From a virus, in IMG/VR virus record IMGVR_UViG_3300027861_000001, positions 85,054 to 149,053 of that record: a DNA stretch of 64,000 bases; one strand, 5' to 3'. The notes under the pieces were generated by a model. The model had not been told where the DNA came from, did not search any database, and saw only the letters and a program-made list of their open reading frames with translations. The position numbers and the translations under genes were made by a program. Positions 48,493-58,300 of this stretch are shown here, one piece after another. Numbering within the stretch: the stretch's first letter is position 1; the number at the start of each line of letters is the position of its first letter.

Positions 48493-50351
48493 TCCTTGGC
48501 TTTTTGTTTCGCTGTCATACCAGAATGCATTCTCTTAGGAACTATCCCTGCTTCGTGCGCTTCCTCATCAGACCAAGTTGTTTCTTGTGTTTCTTCTAAC
48601 CCAAGTATCACATGGAACCTTCCAGCATCAAGTTCCTTACCGTCAAGATATGCTTTTCCTTTATGGATAACTAAGTGTCCTTGTGTAAATAAATTAGCTA
48701 TGTGATCATACAACATACAATGATGCAAATGTTCCTTACCGTCTTCGTCTACCTCAACATGGTGTATAAGATATTCAAAATCTTGTAAAGGAGTGTACTC
48801 CTCTGCCAACTCAGTTAAAGGTATACTTAGTTCGCTGGTTTTTTCTTTTGGTTTAGGTGTAGGCTCTGTGCTTGGATGTTTTCCTATCTCAGGAGATGAA
48901 TAAGGTAGAAGTGGAGCAGGTTCAAGACCATACTCTTTAAACTTTTCTTCCTCTCTCTTCTTTCTTTGAAGTTCAGTTTCAAAATCTAGTCCTAACATTT
49001 CTAGTCTAGTCGTTCTAGACAATGAACCTTCTTTATAAACAGACTCCCCAATAGTATTCAAATCAATCAGCTTATAAAGCTTCATTGGCTCAAACTCAGG
49101 GACTGGAAAATTCTTAAATCCGTTCTTTTCGGCTATTTCCTTATACAAATCTATAGTCCAAAGAATTAACTTATCTCTTATAGCTTCCATAGTAGCTATT
49201 GGAGAGAATGTAGCACTGTCTGAACCACCTTCAACATTAGACCTCTTTGTTTCCCCTGTAATAAGTGTACGTGGAAAACCTAAACCAGCAATTATATCGT
49301 CATCAACTGACTGATATTTTTCTTGGTTCAACATAGCTTCAGTGTTAGGAAATATCCACTCAATCGTTAAAGTATGGTTTCCAAACAATTGATAAATTCT
49401 TTCGTTTTCACCTTTAGTAGTTCTATAGTTCATCTGGTCTTTTATGTGTTGAAAGTCCCCTTCATCCGTACACGGAAAATCTTTGTCACCTAATTTAATC
49501 ATCTGTATGGCTGCTGTAACTCTAGACGATATAGAATAGTCCATCTTACGTAGATTTCTCTTGTGCATCAAAGACTCTAATGCATTACTCATATATGGAA
49601 TAGGATATGTCTCATCACTTAAACATCTACTTAATAATGGTCTAACGTTCGGTAAGAGAATATTGATCTTTGATCCTCTTCCAGCATCCTTTACAGCTTT
49701 AACAAATTCAGGATAAGACTGAATCATTTGTTTATATGTTTCTTTGTCCCACGTACCATCAGCAAGCTTTCCACCGGTTTTTATGAACTGAATTAACTCG
49801 GCAGACACCTCAACGTAAAAGTATTTCTTATTAGTTACAGGGTTGTCTTTTATAATAACTGTTTTAGGGTCTCTAAACCAAAGGTTATCTGGTACAGTTA
49901 ATCTTCTTCTGGAACCTAACTCGCTACTAAGCTCTGAACCTTTCTTCTTAACCCACTCATACTGTGGAAGAACGATACCTGATAACAAGTATTCAAGACA
50001 TGCGTTTCTGAAAAACTCCTGTAATAACCCAGCCAAGCTGTCATAAGTATAAAACTCTTCATCACTAGCTTTAATTTGATTATTTTTTATGGGTGAGATA
50101 GCGCAGTCTACCATTTTATTAAGTACTGTCCCAGCTACTGGGTCATGCTTATAAAAAAATCGGCACATCTTTATCATCTTCTTAGGATCAGACGGTAGTT
50201 CCATTCTATCTACTTTCATAGTAGAATAAACGCTCCCACTGTCATTAGACATGTTTAGAACGTTAAAAGACGCTTTTGCTAACTTATATTCTTTAGGTTC
50301 TGTGTTTTCACTTGCTATATTTTTCTCTTCCAATGTAGTACCTCGCAACAA
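48486..50351 (-). CDS. Portal protein with C-terminal His-rich extension
   Basis: Directly after TerL; CRFFYKHDPVA, II.GLGFP..LI.G motifs; size. Confidence 0.85.
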   Translation of the reverse strand: MLRGTTLEEKNIASENTEPKEYKLAKASFNVLNMSNDSGSVYSTMKVDRMELPSDPKKMIKMCRFFYKHDPVAGTVLNKMVDCAISPIKNNQIKASDEEFYTYDSLAGLLQEFFRNACLEYLLSGIVLPQYEWVKKKGSELSSELGSRRRLTVPDNLWFRDPKTVIIKDNPVTNKKYFYVEVSAELIQFIKTGGKLADGTWDKETYKQMIQSYPEFVKAVKDAGRGSKINILLPNVRPLLSRCLSDETYPIPYMSNALESLMHKRNLRKMDYSISSRVTAAIQMIKLGDKDFPCTDEGDFQHIKDQMNYRTTKGENERIYQLFGNHTLTIEWIFPNTEAMLNQEKYQSVDDDIIAGLGFPRTLITGETKRSNVEGGSDSATFSPIATMEAIRDKLILWTIDLYKEIAEKNGFKNFPVPEFEPMKLYKLIDLNTIGESVYKEGSLSRTTRLEMLGLDFETELQRKKREEEKFKEYGLEPAPLLPYSSPEIGKHPSTEPTPKPKEKTSELSIPLTELAEEYTPLQDFEYLIHHVEVDEDGKEHLHHCMLYDHIANLFTQGHLVIHKGKAYLDGKELDAGRFHVILGLEETQETTWSDEEAHEAGIVPKRMHSGMTAKQKAKEW

Positions 50352-50360
50352 AGTCCTTAC

Positions 50361-51932
50361 CTATACGTTCCATCCCCCTTTAGCTAAATCAGAATACTTC
50401 CCTCTAGCATTGGGTTTCTCCGGTGAGTAATATTCATAGTAATAACCGTATACCCACGTTAGCAAAGATGCTAATATGTGGTCATCTCCCTTTTGGCCAC
50501 CTTGAGCCGAATATACAAAGAACTTTGGTACACCTAACATGTCTCGCGTGAAACCAACCCTTTCAAGTTCAACTATAACATCTTCATCTTGCATAGAAAA
50601 AGCAATCATTTGATCGTTCTGACTCCACTTCTGAAGTGTTTGAATTGTGAACTTTCTAACCCTGTCCTTTATCTCTTTTTGCTCTTCGTCATACCCTGTA
50701 ACAACACTACCTTGGAAATCGACCATTATTAGTCTCTTTTCAAAGTCTTTATGTTTGAACTCATCACCCATTTGAAGCATTTGTCCCAAAGCCAAACCAC
50801 TAGACCCAGCATCAAGACAAACCATGTTGAATCTATATATATTGTCTAACCAATCAATAATTTTTGCTTGTGTTGGATACTTTATCCTTCTTAATTCATA
50901 TCTAGCAAAAATTCTCCAAACATCCTCGTTCCTATAAAGGATAGTTATTATGGTTGGATCGTTTGAAAATCCAGCGTCAATTCCGGCACAAACAAGGTCG
51001 TGTGGTTCATTAAATTCTGGAGCATTCAATATCTCATGAAAATTACCGTGCACAGACTCTAAGCTTAAATTGTTCATTAAACTAACAGTCACTGGATAAT
51101 TTTCTATCCTCATCAACTTCCTGTCAAAAACTGAGAAGGCTGGTGACCCGTGTTCACCTAAAACTAGATGAGTATAGTCATCACCCTGTTCACCACCGTA
51201 CTGCTTTAAGTCTGTCTCACGTTGCTCTACTGTATATCGAGGGCTTTGCAGCCTTGATACGTTATGCTTAGAATATTTTTCGTCTACTTGATCACACTCA
51301 AACAATACGTTCTTCTCTCGCAACCCGTTCGGAACACCGCTTACCCACAAAGTAAAACCTTCGTCCCACGTAGTCAAAACCTGTTGTAGTGAGTTCCAAG
51401 CAACATTACTAAACACCTGCCCCTCATCAACATAAATGCAAGGTACGTGCAATCCGATAACATTACTGTCAGCAGTTGATCCTACAATCCTACACCGTAT
51501 AGTAGACCCATTCTCCAACTTTATTAAATGTTCTCCAAAGTTTATACTGTTCTTTAACACAAAATGCTTTAAGAATGGGTGTCGTCTGAAGAAGGTAGCT
51601 AACCGAAGAAATACTGGTTCTAGCTGAGACTTGTTTTGAACAACTAACAAAACCTCATTGTCACTCGCTTTCAGAAACTTATTAGAAATAACATCATGAA
51701 TTATACGAGTTTCCATACTTACGGTCTTACCAGTAGAACGACCAGTACATGCAACTATGTAATGACTTTTATCATTTAACAGTAACTTCTGGTAATTATC
51801 AAAACACCATCCCAAGTCTGGTTCCCCAAGCTCGTCATCAATGGTACGTAGAAATTCACCAAAAAACACTGGATCATCCAGTACCTCTAACACTGCTAAA
51901 TCTTCGTCAGATAATACTACTTTTTCTTTCAT
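50361..51932 (-). CDS. terL: Terminase large subunit
   Basis: YQ motif; Walker A GRSTGKT; Walker B IYVDEG; nuclease GIDAG...D and DDH. Confidence 0.92.
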   Translation of the reverse strand: MKEKVVLSDEDLAVLEVLDDPVFFGEFLRTIDDELGEPDLGWCFDNYQKLLLNDKSHYIVACTGRSTGKTVSMETRIIHDVISNKFLKASDNEVLLVVQNKSQLEPVFLRLATFFRRHPFLKHFVLKNSINFGEHLIKLENGSTIRCRIVGSTADSNVIGLHVPCIYVDEGQVFSNVAWNSLQQVLTTWDEGFTLWVSGVPNGLREKNVLFECDQVDEKYSKHNVSRLQSPRYTVEQRETDLKQYGGEQGDDYTHLVLGEHGSPAFSVFDRKLMRIENYPVTVSLMNNLSLESVHGNFHEILNAPEFNEPHDLVCAGIDAGFSNDPTIITILYRNEDVWRIFARYELRRIKYPTQAKIIDWLDNIYRFNMVCLDAGSSGLALGQMLQMGDEFKHKDFEKRLIMVDFQGSVVTGYDEEQKEIKDRVRKFTIQTLQKWSQNDQMIAFSMQDEDVIVELERVGFTRDMLGVPKFFVYSAQGGQKGDDHILASLLTWVYGYYYEYYSPEKPNARGKYSDLAKGGWNV

Positions 51933-52477
51933 TCTTCGTTACTGTCCACAATTATATTGCCACATCTAGGACACTCCACCCTGAACGTATACTTAATAGG
52001 TGCTAAATCTACGTTCTCATAAGCGAGTGCTCCAGGTTCGCCGTGTTCTTTTATATACACGTGGTATTTACCTACCGGTAAACTGCAATCCTCACAAATG
52101 ACAACCTTAAGTCTCGAATCCATGAATTTCTTAGCTTGTGTTTTTAGTTTCTCTACATAGCTTAAAACCGACTCGTCAGACGCGCTATCACGCTTTCTCT
52201 TAGATATACCTAACTCGGTTTGAAGCTTAACCCATGTGGCAGTAGCGTCTTTTATAGAAGTCATTAAATCCTTTGCTTTTTTAGGATCGTCCTCTAACTT
52301 CTTAATTTTATTAAGAGCACTTTGAAGCTTTTCGATAGTAATCTCAAGCTCACACATTTGATGAATAGAAGCCATATCGTTGGTTTCATTCATATCATCA
52401 AGGTCGTACTCAGATAGATACCTGTCTATCTTCTCGTTTACTGCTTGTCCTTTTTTTGGTCTTCCTTTAGTTGCCAT
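51929..52477 (-). CDS. Terminase small subunit (by position), with C-terminal Zn ribbon
   Basis: Overlaps the TerL start; KGRPKK N-terminus, helical core LQTELGIS..KR, CEDC...CPRC. Confidence 0.65.
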   Translation of the reverse strand: MATKGRPKKGQAVNEKIDRYLSEYDLDDMNETNDMASIHQMCELEITIEKLQSALNKIKKLEDDPKKAKDLMTSIKDATATWVKLQTELGISKRKRDSASDESVLSYVEKLKTQAKKFMDSRLKVVICEDCSLPVGKYHVYIKEHGEPGALAYENVDLAPIKYTFRVECPRCGNIIVDSNEE

Positions 52478-52480
52478 AAC

Positions 52481-52729
52481 TTATTCTCTTCTACTCAGCT
52501 TTCTATCAGTGGATACGTCCCACTTGTCTCCTAAATGAATAAATACTGGGTTTTTCCTTCGTCTCCTTTTTCTCTCTTCCGAAATAAGAAACTTTGTCCA
52601 CTCTTTACCAGCCAGTATGTCATCTTTCCACTCAGCATAACAGCTATTACAGAAAAAGATGATGTTATTACGATAAGGTGTTTGTGTTAACTCTGACTCA
52701 CAAACAGCGCATTTTTTTGTCGTACTCAT
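52481..52729 (-). CDS. Small Zn-finger protein
   Basis: CAVC...CNSC. Confidence 0.65.
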   Translation of the reverse strand: MSTTKKCAVCESELTQTPYRNNIIFFCNSCYAEWKDDILAGKEWTKFLISEERKRRRRKNPVFIHLGDKWDVSTDRKLSRRE

Positions 52730-52771
52730 GAAATGACCCCTCTTGGATTCTTGTCCAAGTACGTATAATAC

Positions 52772-54802
52772 CTAACCAGAGGTGTCTATTGGACACGCGC
52801 CGTCTTCACATTCAACACAACCTTCTAAAACTTGTTTACTCCTACTACCATCACGATAGGTCGTTAATCCCTTCAAATTATTTTCGTATGCTGATTTTAT
52901 AATTTTCTCCACTTCATCAATAGTAGTATCATAAGGTAAATTAATAGTTTTAGAGATCGAGTTGTTTACGTGTCGCTGGAACGCAGCTTGCATTTTGATA
53001 TGCCACTCAGGTGACATTTCAGTTGCTGTAATAAAAACTTTCTGCCATTTTTCTGGAACTTCTGCGATCCCTTGGACACTCCCATCATTTATTATGATTT
53101 TGTTAATTAACGACGGAGTCCACCACCCCTCTCTTTTACCAACTTCCTCAAAAACTGAGTTAACTTCGAAGAAAGTCTCACCTTCAAGAATGTTGATTTT
53201 TTTATAAACAACCATGAATACTGGTTCAATCCCGCTAGTTGTTTCAGCTATAATGCTTATACTACCAGTCGGAGCAATAGTTGTTAATGTAGCGTTTCGT
53301 TGCTTGCCTGTTATTGTAGAAGAACCAATGTTTGGAAATGAACCTTTTTCCTCTGCTAACTTCTCAGAAGCAACCCTTGCCTCTATATTAATGAAGTCCA
53401 TGACTTCCTCAGCAATTTCTACACCTTCTACAGAATTATAAGCAACACCTAACCTAAACAACATGTTTGAAAAACCCATTACACCCAAGCCAATTTTTCT
53501 GTTACCTTTAACTCGGTTTTCTATTTCCGGTAACGGGTAATTCGACGCATCAATCACGTCGTCTAAAAATCGAACAGAGTTGTGTACCACTTTTCTTAAT
53601 GATGAATAAACAATCTTATCATCATCAACAAACTTATCTAAATTGATAGACCCTAATACGCAAGCTTCATGCGAAAGCAAGTCTTGTTCACCACAAAGGT
53701 TCTTTATGAGATGCCCTTGATTTGGTGTTGGGTTGTCTTGTTCTATCTTATCCCAAAACACAATACCTGGTTCTCCGTTCATCCAAGCCGAATGAGCAAT
53801 AAAATTAAAGAGTTGTCTAGCATTAATAGTCCTAACTACCGCTCCATCAACTGGATTAAGTAGGTTAAAGTCTGAATTGTTGTAGACAGCCTTCATAAAG
53901 TCGTCAGTTATCGCCACTGAAATATTAAAGTTGGTAAATTTATTTTCGTCGTTCTTGCACTGTATAAAGTTTATGATGTCTGGATGATGAACTAACAGTA
54001 ACCCTAGATTACCACCTCTTCTTATACCACCCTGTTTTATAACATCACTGGTAACGTCAAAAGTCCTCATGAAGTCTATGGGTCCACTAGCTATTCCTTC
54101 TGTGGTATTAACCAAATCACCGGCAGGTCTCAGTTTAGAAAGGTGTAACCCAACACCCCCACCAGTCTTCTGTACTAATGCACAATCTTTTACCGTTTGG
54201 AATATTTCCTCTATAGAATCACCAACCTCAAAAGCATAACAAGCAAACAAGTAGTTTAGTTTAGCATTACCTGCGTTTGCAAGGCACGGTGTATTAGGAA
54301 CAAAGATTTGATTTGACATAAGATTATAAAATACTTTGCTCCACTTTTGCGGATTAGCTTCAACGGCTGCCACTCCCTTTGCAACCCTTCTAAACATCTT
54401 CGCTGGTGTCTCTTTCTTTCCATCGCTAGTTAACTTCAAATAACGACGATCTAAAAGTGATAGAGCGTTAACCCCAAACTTCAAATCATCGTCAATACCT
54501 AATCGATCTCTGACTTCCCTTAATTCTGCTCGTTTAGCCCGATAAAGAATATATTCTTTAGCTGTTTTACTGTCACCTGACTTAATGAGGGCAGTTTCAA
54601 CTAAGTCCTGTATTTCCTCTACAGAAATCTCAGCAAAACTATCATATGTTATATTGTTATCAACATCTGTTGCAACGACCTCTGCTAAGGTATCATCTAC
54701 AGTACCAACAGAAGCCATACAACGTGTAACTGCTGAAACAATTTTGTCTTTATTATATTTTGTTATCCTACCATCTCGTTTAATTACGCGTACTGTTGGC
54801 AA
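52772..54802 (-). CDS. nrdJ: Class II (adenosylcobalamin-dependent) ribonucleotide reductase with ATP cone
   Basis: VIKRDG ATP cone; PNTP.L.NAG; GGGVG; KQGGIRRG; NLCGEQ; CVLGSINL; TIAPTGSIS; YRDGSR; C-terminal cysteines. No beta subunit nearby. Confidence 0.9.
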   Translation of the reverse strand: MPTVRVIKRDGRITKYNKDKIVSAVTRCMASVGTVDDTLAEVVATDVDNNITYDSFAEISVEEIQDLVETALIKSGDSKTAKEYILYRAKRAELREVRDRLGIDDDLKFGVNALSLLDRRYLKLTSDGKKETPAKMFRRVAKGVAAVEANPQKWSKVFYNLMSNQIFVPNTPCLANAGNAKLNYLFACYAFEVGDSIEEIFQTVKDCALVQKTGGGVGLHLSKLRPAGDLVNTTEGIASGPIDFMRTFDVTSDVIKQGGIRRGGNLGLLLVHHPDIINFIQCKNDENKFTNFNISVAITDDFMKAVYNNSDFNLLNPVDGAVVRTINARQLFNFIAHSAWMNGEPGIVFWDKIEQDNPTPNQGHLIKNLCGEQDLLSHEACVLGSINLDKFVDDDKIVYSSLRKVVHNSVRFLDDVIDASNYPLPEIENRVKGNRKIGLGVMGFSNMLFRLGVAYNSVEGVEIAEEVMDFINIEARVASEKLAEEKGSFPNIGSSTITGKQRNATLTTIAPTGSISIIAETTSGIEPVFMVVYKKINILEGETFFEVNSVFEEVGKREGWWTPSLINKIIINDGSVQGIAEVPEKWQKVFITATEMSPEWHIKMQAAFQRHVNNSISKTINLPYDTTIDEVEKIIKSAYENNLKGLTTYRDGSRSKQVLEGCVECEDGACPIDTSG

Positions 54803-54811
54803 AGTGTCCTC

Positions 54812-55048
54812 CTATTCTTTGGAAGATATTTCTTTTTCTAGTTTTACTATTATCAACCTTAAGTCTGAATTCTCTTGTCTAACCTCACCTAAAATTCTTT
54901 GGTGTAGTTTTTTACTCTCTAAAGCCATCTCTAGGTCAAATTCTATGTTTTTGTATCTTCTCCAGTGTTTTTCTTGTTTTTTGTACTCTTTTAAGTTTCT
55001 TAAAAGTTCTTTATACCATTTAGTTCTAACTACTGTGTAAATCCCCAC
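54812..55048 (-). CDS. Hypothetical coiled-coil protein
   Basis: ORF in operon; AGGAGGTG SD upstream. Confidence 0.6.
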   Translation of the reverse strand: MGIYTVVRTKWYKELLRNLKEYKKQEKHWRRYKNIEFDLEMALESKKLHQRILGEVRQENSDLRLIIVKLEKEISSKE

Positions 55049-55082
55049 AGTCCATATCGGTCACCTCCTAAAGTTCCACACC

Positions 55083-55508
55083 TTACCAATATACAGACCA
55101 ATTCTTGAGAACCTCGACAGCCTCGGTTTCATCAGACACAACTCTGGTTGCGTGGTGATTCAACCACCCTGCTCGTAGTCCATTGGTAGCGATAACTACA
55201 GTAGGTTTCTTGGCTACAAACGTAGCATACCAAAACTCACCTGTAGTTCCCCAACTTAGGTCATCTCCGGTCAACACCAATAAAGCATCACACGAATCAA
55301 CGTCATGTAAGTCCCTTTGGACTATTTCGTTCATATGTGGTACAGTATCGTCAGTAAATTCTTTACCAGATAGATCAGCGCATCCTCTAACCGGATCAAC
55401 AGCCCTCATTCCACTCTCATAAAGTTTGTTACTAACTATTTGACGCCGCGCCATCACATCCTCGTAAACTAACCCTGTCATTTTTCCAGAAACATATACT
55501 TTATACAT
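55083..55508 (-). CDS. Nucleoside 2-deoxyribosyltransferase / dNMP N-glycosidase-like protein
   Basis: VYVSG.M, RD..DV..CD, SWGTTGE motifs. Confidence 0.8.
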   Translation of the reverse strand: MYKVYVSGKMTGLVYEDVMARRQIVSNKLYESGMRAVDPVRGCADLSGKEFTDDTVPHMNEIVQRDLHDVDSCDALLVLTGDDLSWGTTGEFWYATFVAKKPTVVIATNGLRAGWLNHHATRVVSDETEAVEVLKNWSVYW

Positions 55509-55749
55509 CCTCTCCTCCTTCCAACCAAGTAGTTTTTCTTAAAATACGTTTGGCTGTATTAATGTCTTGATCGCTCCTCATTTGGGTCAAGACAGAACTT
55601 ATTATTCTCCTTATTAACTCTAGCTCTTTAACATCAAAAGGTTCGATTAGTTGCTCTCCTGAAGCTACTCCCCTTAGTTTCAAGCTTAAAAACTTGGTAT
55701 TCCTCTCAAGGTCTTTCATCTGCCGTTTTAGTCGATCCGCTTCTGACAT
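55501..55749 (-). CDS. Hypothetical protein
   Basis: ORF directly behind a promoter; overlaps the next gene. Confidence 0.6.
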   Translation of the reverse strand: MSEADRLKRQMKDLERNTKFLSLKLRGVASGEQLIEPFDVKELELIRRIISSVLTQMRSDQDINTAKRILRKTTWLEGGEDV

Positions 55750-55763
55750 CTACTGTATACCTT

Positions 55764-55794
55764 ATTATACCATACCGCACTAGTGGGTTGTCAA
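55764..55794 (-). promoter_or_regulatory. Promoter TTGACA-N19-TATAAT
   Basis: Reverse complement reads TTGACA acccactagtgcggtatgg TATAAT. Confidence 0.7.
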
Positions 55795-55797
55795 GTG

Positions 55798-56097
55798 CTA
55801 GTCTTTAAAGCACCCACTGCAAGTGCTCCAAATATCATCCCAATCTCTTTTTGTATACTCAGAGATAAATTTATAATATGCTGGATGTTTTTCGGCGTAC
55901 TCGTTTCTGGTAGGTGGAAAAGCTAAGTCTCTTATGTGTAAGCAACACCAAGAACAAATCTGTCTACCACCAAATAAAGCACAAGGTAAAACAACCGATA
56001 GTTCAGGACGTTTTTTCATTAGGTCCGCATGTTCTTGTAAAAGCTCTTCTTGATTTTTAAGAACGCACTCTATACCGATTGTAGTCTTAGTATCCAT
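55798..56097 (-). CDS. Cys-rich hypothetical protein
   Basis: C...C...CSWCC...CSGC; AGGAG SD. Confidence 0.65.
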   Translation of the reverse strand: MDTKTTIGIECVLKNQEELLQEHADLMKKRPELSVVLPCALFGGRQICSWCCLHIRDLAFPPTRNEYAEKHPAYYKFISEYTKRDWDDIWSTCSGCFKD

Positions 56098-56314
56098 TTG
56101 TTTCTCCTATGTTGAAATAGTTATAAATATCAACTTCAAGATTTCCTAGAGTATCCATTATTTCCATAATTTGACAAAATATATCAAATTTTAAAGTATT
56201 AGGTGAGTCTGTTTTATACTCTTCTAAATTACTAACCAATTCTGTTAATACTAAATTAGTTTCTTTAGCATTATTTACTATATTTATAAAATTATACTTT
56301 TCTTTATTGTTCAT
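56087..56314 (-). CDS. Hypothetical protein (AT-rich)
   Basis: ORF overlaps the start of the next gene. Confidence 0.55.
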   Translation of the reverse strand: MNNKEKYNFINIVNNAKETNLVLTELVSNLEEYKTDSPNTLKFDIFCQIMEIMDTLGNLEVDIYNYFNIGETNGY

Positions 56315-56382
56315 TTATTTATATTATATATATATTTATTATATATCATCCCGCTCCGAAAAAATTTTTAGTGAGTTTCTAT

Positions 56383-56973
56383 CTACAAGGGCGAACTGGT
56401 TGATTCTACATTAGCTTCATTAGGTTCAGTTGCTACTTTATCCATCTTCCGCCTAAGTTTAGTAATATCATTTTCAGTGTACAAAAAGAACTTACCAACC
56501 TTCTTCCCTTTGCTCAGATTCATTGGAACATCTATATGCTCTCCGGTAAATTTGTGTCGTTTGTTTTTTCTCCTTCTCCAATACCTACTGTTTTTAGTGT
56601 TCACAAAGGCATGGATATTAAAATAAATACCTTTATACTTGATTACATAATCAACACCGGATATATCTATTTCTTCATCATAAGTAACATCATCAAAATA
56701 CTTCTCAAGTAAGAACCCTAAATGATACTCTCTTATGTACGACATGTACGCTCTCTTCAACCTAGAGACAATTCCTCGTATCTTTAAATCAGGATGATTG
56801 TTTTTAAACTCAAGGATGAAAGCATTTTGTGTTGGTGGGATACCCTCAAAAATTAACGACCTAAATGTCGTAAGCATAAACGGAAGTGACTGTTCTTCAG
56901 CCTCTTTAACCAAGGTCTTTGGTTTGTTCAGTTTATACTTTTTTAAAATCTCCTCTAACTCTTCTATCTCCAT
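56383..56973 (-). CDS. TaqI-like restriction-endonuclease-fold protein
   Basis: GIVSRLKRAYMSYIREYH and EIDISGVDYVI resemble the TaqI-family helix and DxxGID motif (recalled from memory, not searched). Confidence 0.55.
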   Translation of the reverse strand: MEIEELEEILKKYKLNKPKTLVKEAEEQSLPFMLTTFRSLIFEGIPPTQNAFILEFKNNHPDLKIRGIVSRLKRAYMSYIREYHLGFLLEKYFDDVTYDEEIDISGVDYVIKYKGIYFNIHAFVNTKNSRYWRRRKNKRHKFTGEHIDVPMNLSKGKKVGKFFLYTENDITKLRRKMDKVATEPNEANVESTSSPL

Positions 56974-57145
56974 TGGACAACCTTCTCATATCCAAGCCTT
57001 TCCTTGTTTCTACCAACTGTTGTAGTTCGCTTAAATCTACTTTGATCGGATCAGTGGTTGTGTAGCATTTAAATCTTAATAAACAGCTTTCACACTCCCA
57101 AACACAAGGAAACTCTAGCTCATCTATAATTAATGTTCTATTCAT
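56933..57145 (-). CDS. Small Cys-rich protein (CxxC-xxRFxC)
   Basis: CVWECESCLLRFKCYT; first ORF behind late-motif copy 2. Confidence 0.55.
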   Translation of the reverse strand: MNRTLIIDELEFPCVWECESCLLRFKCYTTTDPIKVDLSELQQLVETRKGLDMRRLSNGDRRVRGDFKKV

Positions 57146-57181
57146 ATTACTTCACCATAGCGAATACTATCCTCTATATAC

Positions 57182-57215
57182 TATAGTACATGTTTGTGTA
57201 TATAACGTCGCATTT
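57182..57215 (-). promoter_or_regulatory. Putative phage late promoter, copy 2
   Basis: Same 14-nt + N7 + 13-nt motif as 35847-35880. Confidence 0.7.
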
Positions 57216-57308
57216 AAACTACTTTTAAAGTATAGATGAAGTAACTACTAACTTCTTAAAGTTTAGAAATAGATAAATTTTTTATATCTATTCTAACCCT
57301 ATACTACT

Positions 57309-57338
57309 ATTATACCATACCCTAACCTTAGTTGTCAA
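57309..57338 (-). promoter_or_regulatory. Promoter TTGACA-N18-TATAAT
   Basis: Reverse complement reads TTGACA actaaggttagggtatgg TATAAT. Confidence 0.75.
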
Positions 57339-57443
57339 GCCTAAGCAGTGATATAAGGTTACGGGTTATAGCGCACGACTATAGGGCTCAGGACTTATAT
57401 AGTATACTGAGTAATTATGGTATAAAAATACAATAATTTTTTT

Positions 57444-57863
57444 TTATTCTTTTTTATTATTTTGTTCGGATAACAACCGCCCTATGTCAGGTGGAACCCA
57501 TCCAGGTGGTTTTAGTCTTTTACCATCTAATCTAACAGGTCCATCTTTCTTAGCCATGTTAGTGGTATGGACTTCGTCCCAAATAGGTCTAAGGTCAATA
57601 CCGTAGGCAATACACATTCCCAAAATTACAACAATAGAGTCTGCGGCTGCATCAGCTATCTCAACAAGATCATCATTAACAAGAGCAGGGAGTAGCTCTG
57701 TATTGACTTCCTCTTTGATTAACTCTATCCGAAGCTTCTTTGTATCTTCGTCTGGTATTTGTGGTTTACTACGACATTTTTGCTCCATAGCAGTCATAAA
57801 ATCTTTTATATCTTGATACCAATCCATGCCTTCTCCTTTAATTTGGTCCTGCACCTGGTCCAT
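57444..57863 (-). CDS. MazG-like NTP pyrophosphohydrolase (PRA-PH/DR2231-type, possible dUTPase)
   Basis: LIKEE..E, EIADAAAD, EVH.TNMAK, DGKRLKPPGW.PPD. Confidence 0.88.
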   Translation of the reverse strand: MDQVQDQIKGEGMDWYQDIKDFMTAMEQKCRSKPQIPDEDTKKLRIELIKEEVNTELLPALVNDDLVEIADAAADSIVVILGMCIAYGIDLRPIWDEVHTTNMAKKDGPVRLDGKRLKPPGWVPPDIGRLLSEQNNKKE

Positions 57864-58232
57864 CTAGGTTTCAAGCGGAACGCTTGATACTAATCTAGAT
57901 AAATTCCCCATAGTAGTTGCAGCATCTTCGGTTAAATCTAAAGTACCCACCATGTCTTCTCCTTCGTAACAGAATACGAAATAAATCTCCTCATAACCTA
58001 TAGTAATACTCAGTAAATTTTTGGGGGAGGAGTACCATTCTAATGTTAAATGCCCATGTGGATCAGCCGATACTTCAGGGGTAAGTAAATCTATAGGTAG
58101 CTTCTCCAAGAAGAAGGTTACAGCATGAATACCTTTACCAGTTATTTTATCAGCACCATATCCATCCCAATCATTCTCCATACATTCATAAGAAGTCTCT
58201 AATATCTCTGCTAATACTTTATGTTTGTTCAT
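57864..58232 (-). CDS. Hypothetical protein (WDGYGA...P....G...LEW family)
   Basis: ORF with a recognisable conserved pattern of unknown function. Confidence 0.65.
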   Translation of the reverse strand: MNKHKVLAEILETSYECMENDWDGYGADKITGKGIHAVTFFLEKLPIDLLTPEVSADPHGHLTLEWYSSPKNLLSITIGYEEIYFVFCYEGEDMVGTLDLTEDAATTMGNLSRLVSSVPLET

Positions 58233-58300
58233 TTTAAATCTACCCCCTATACACTATATCTATCCTAACGGATAGATGCCAAAGGAAAACCAGCCCACAA

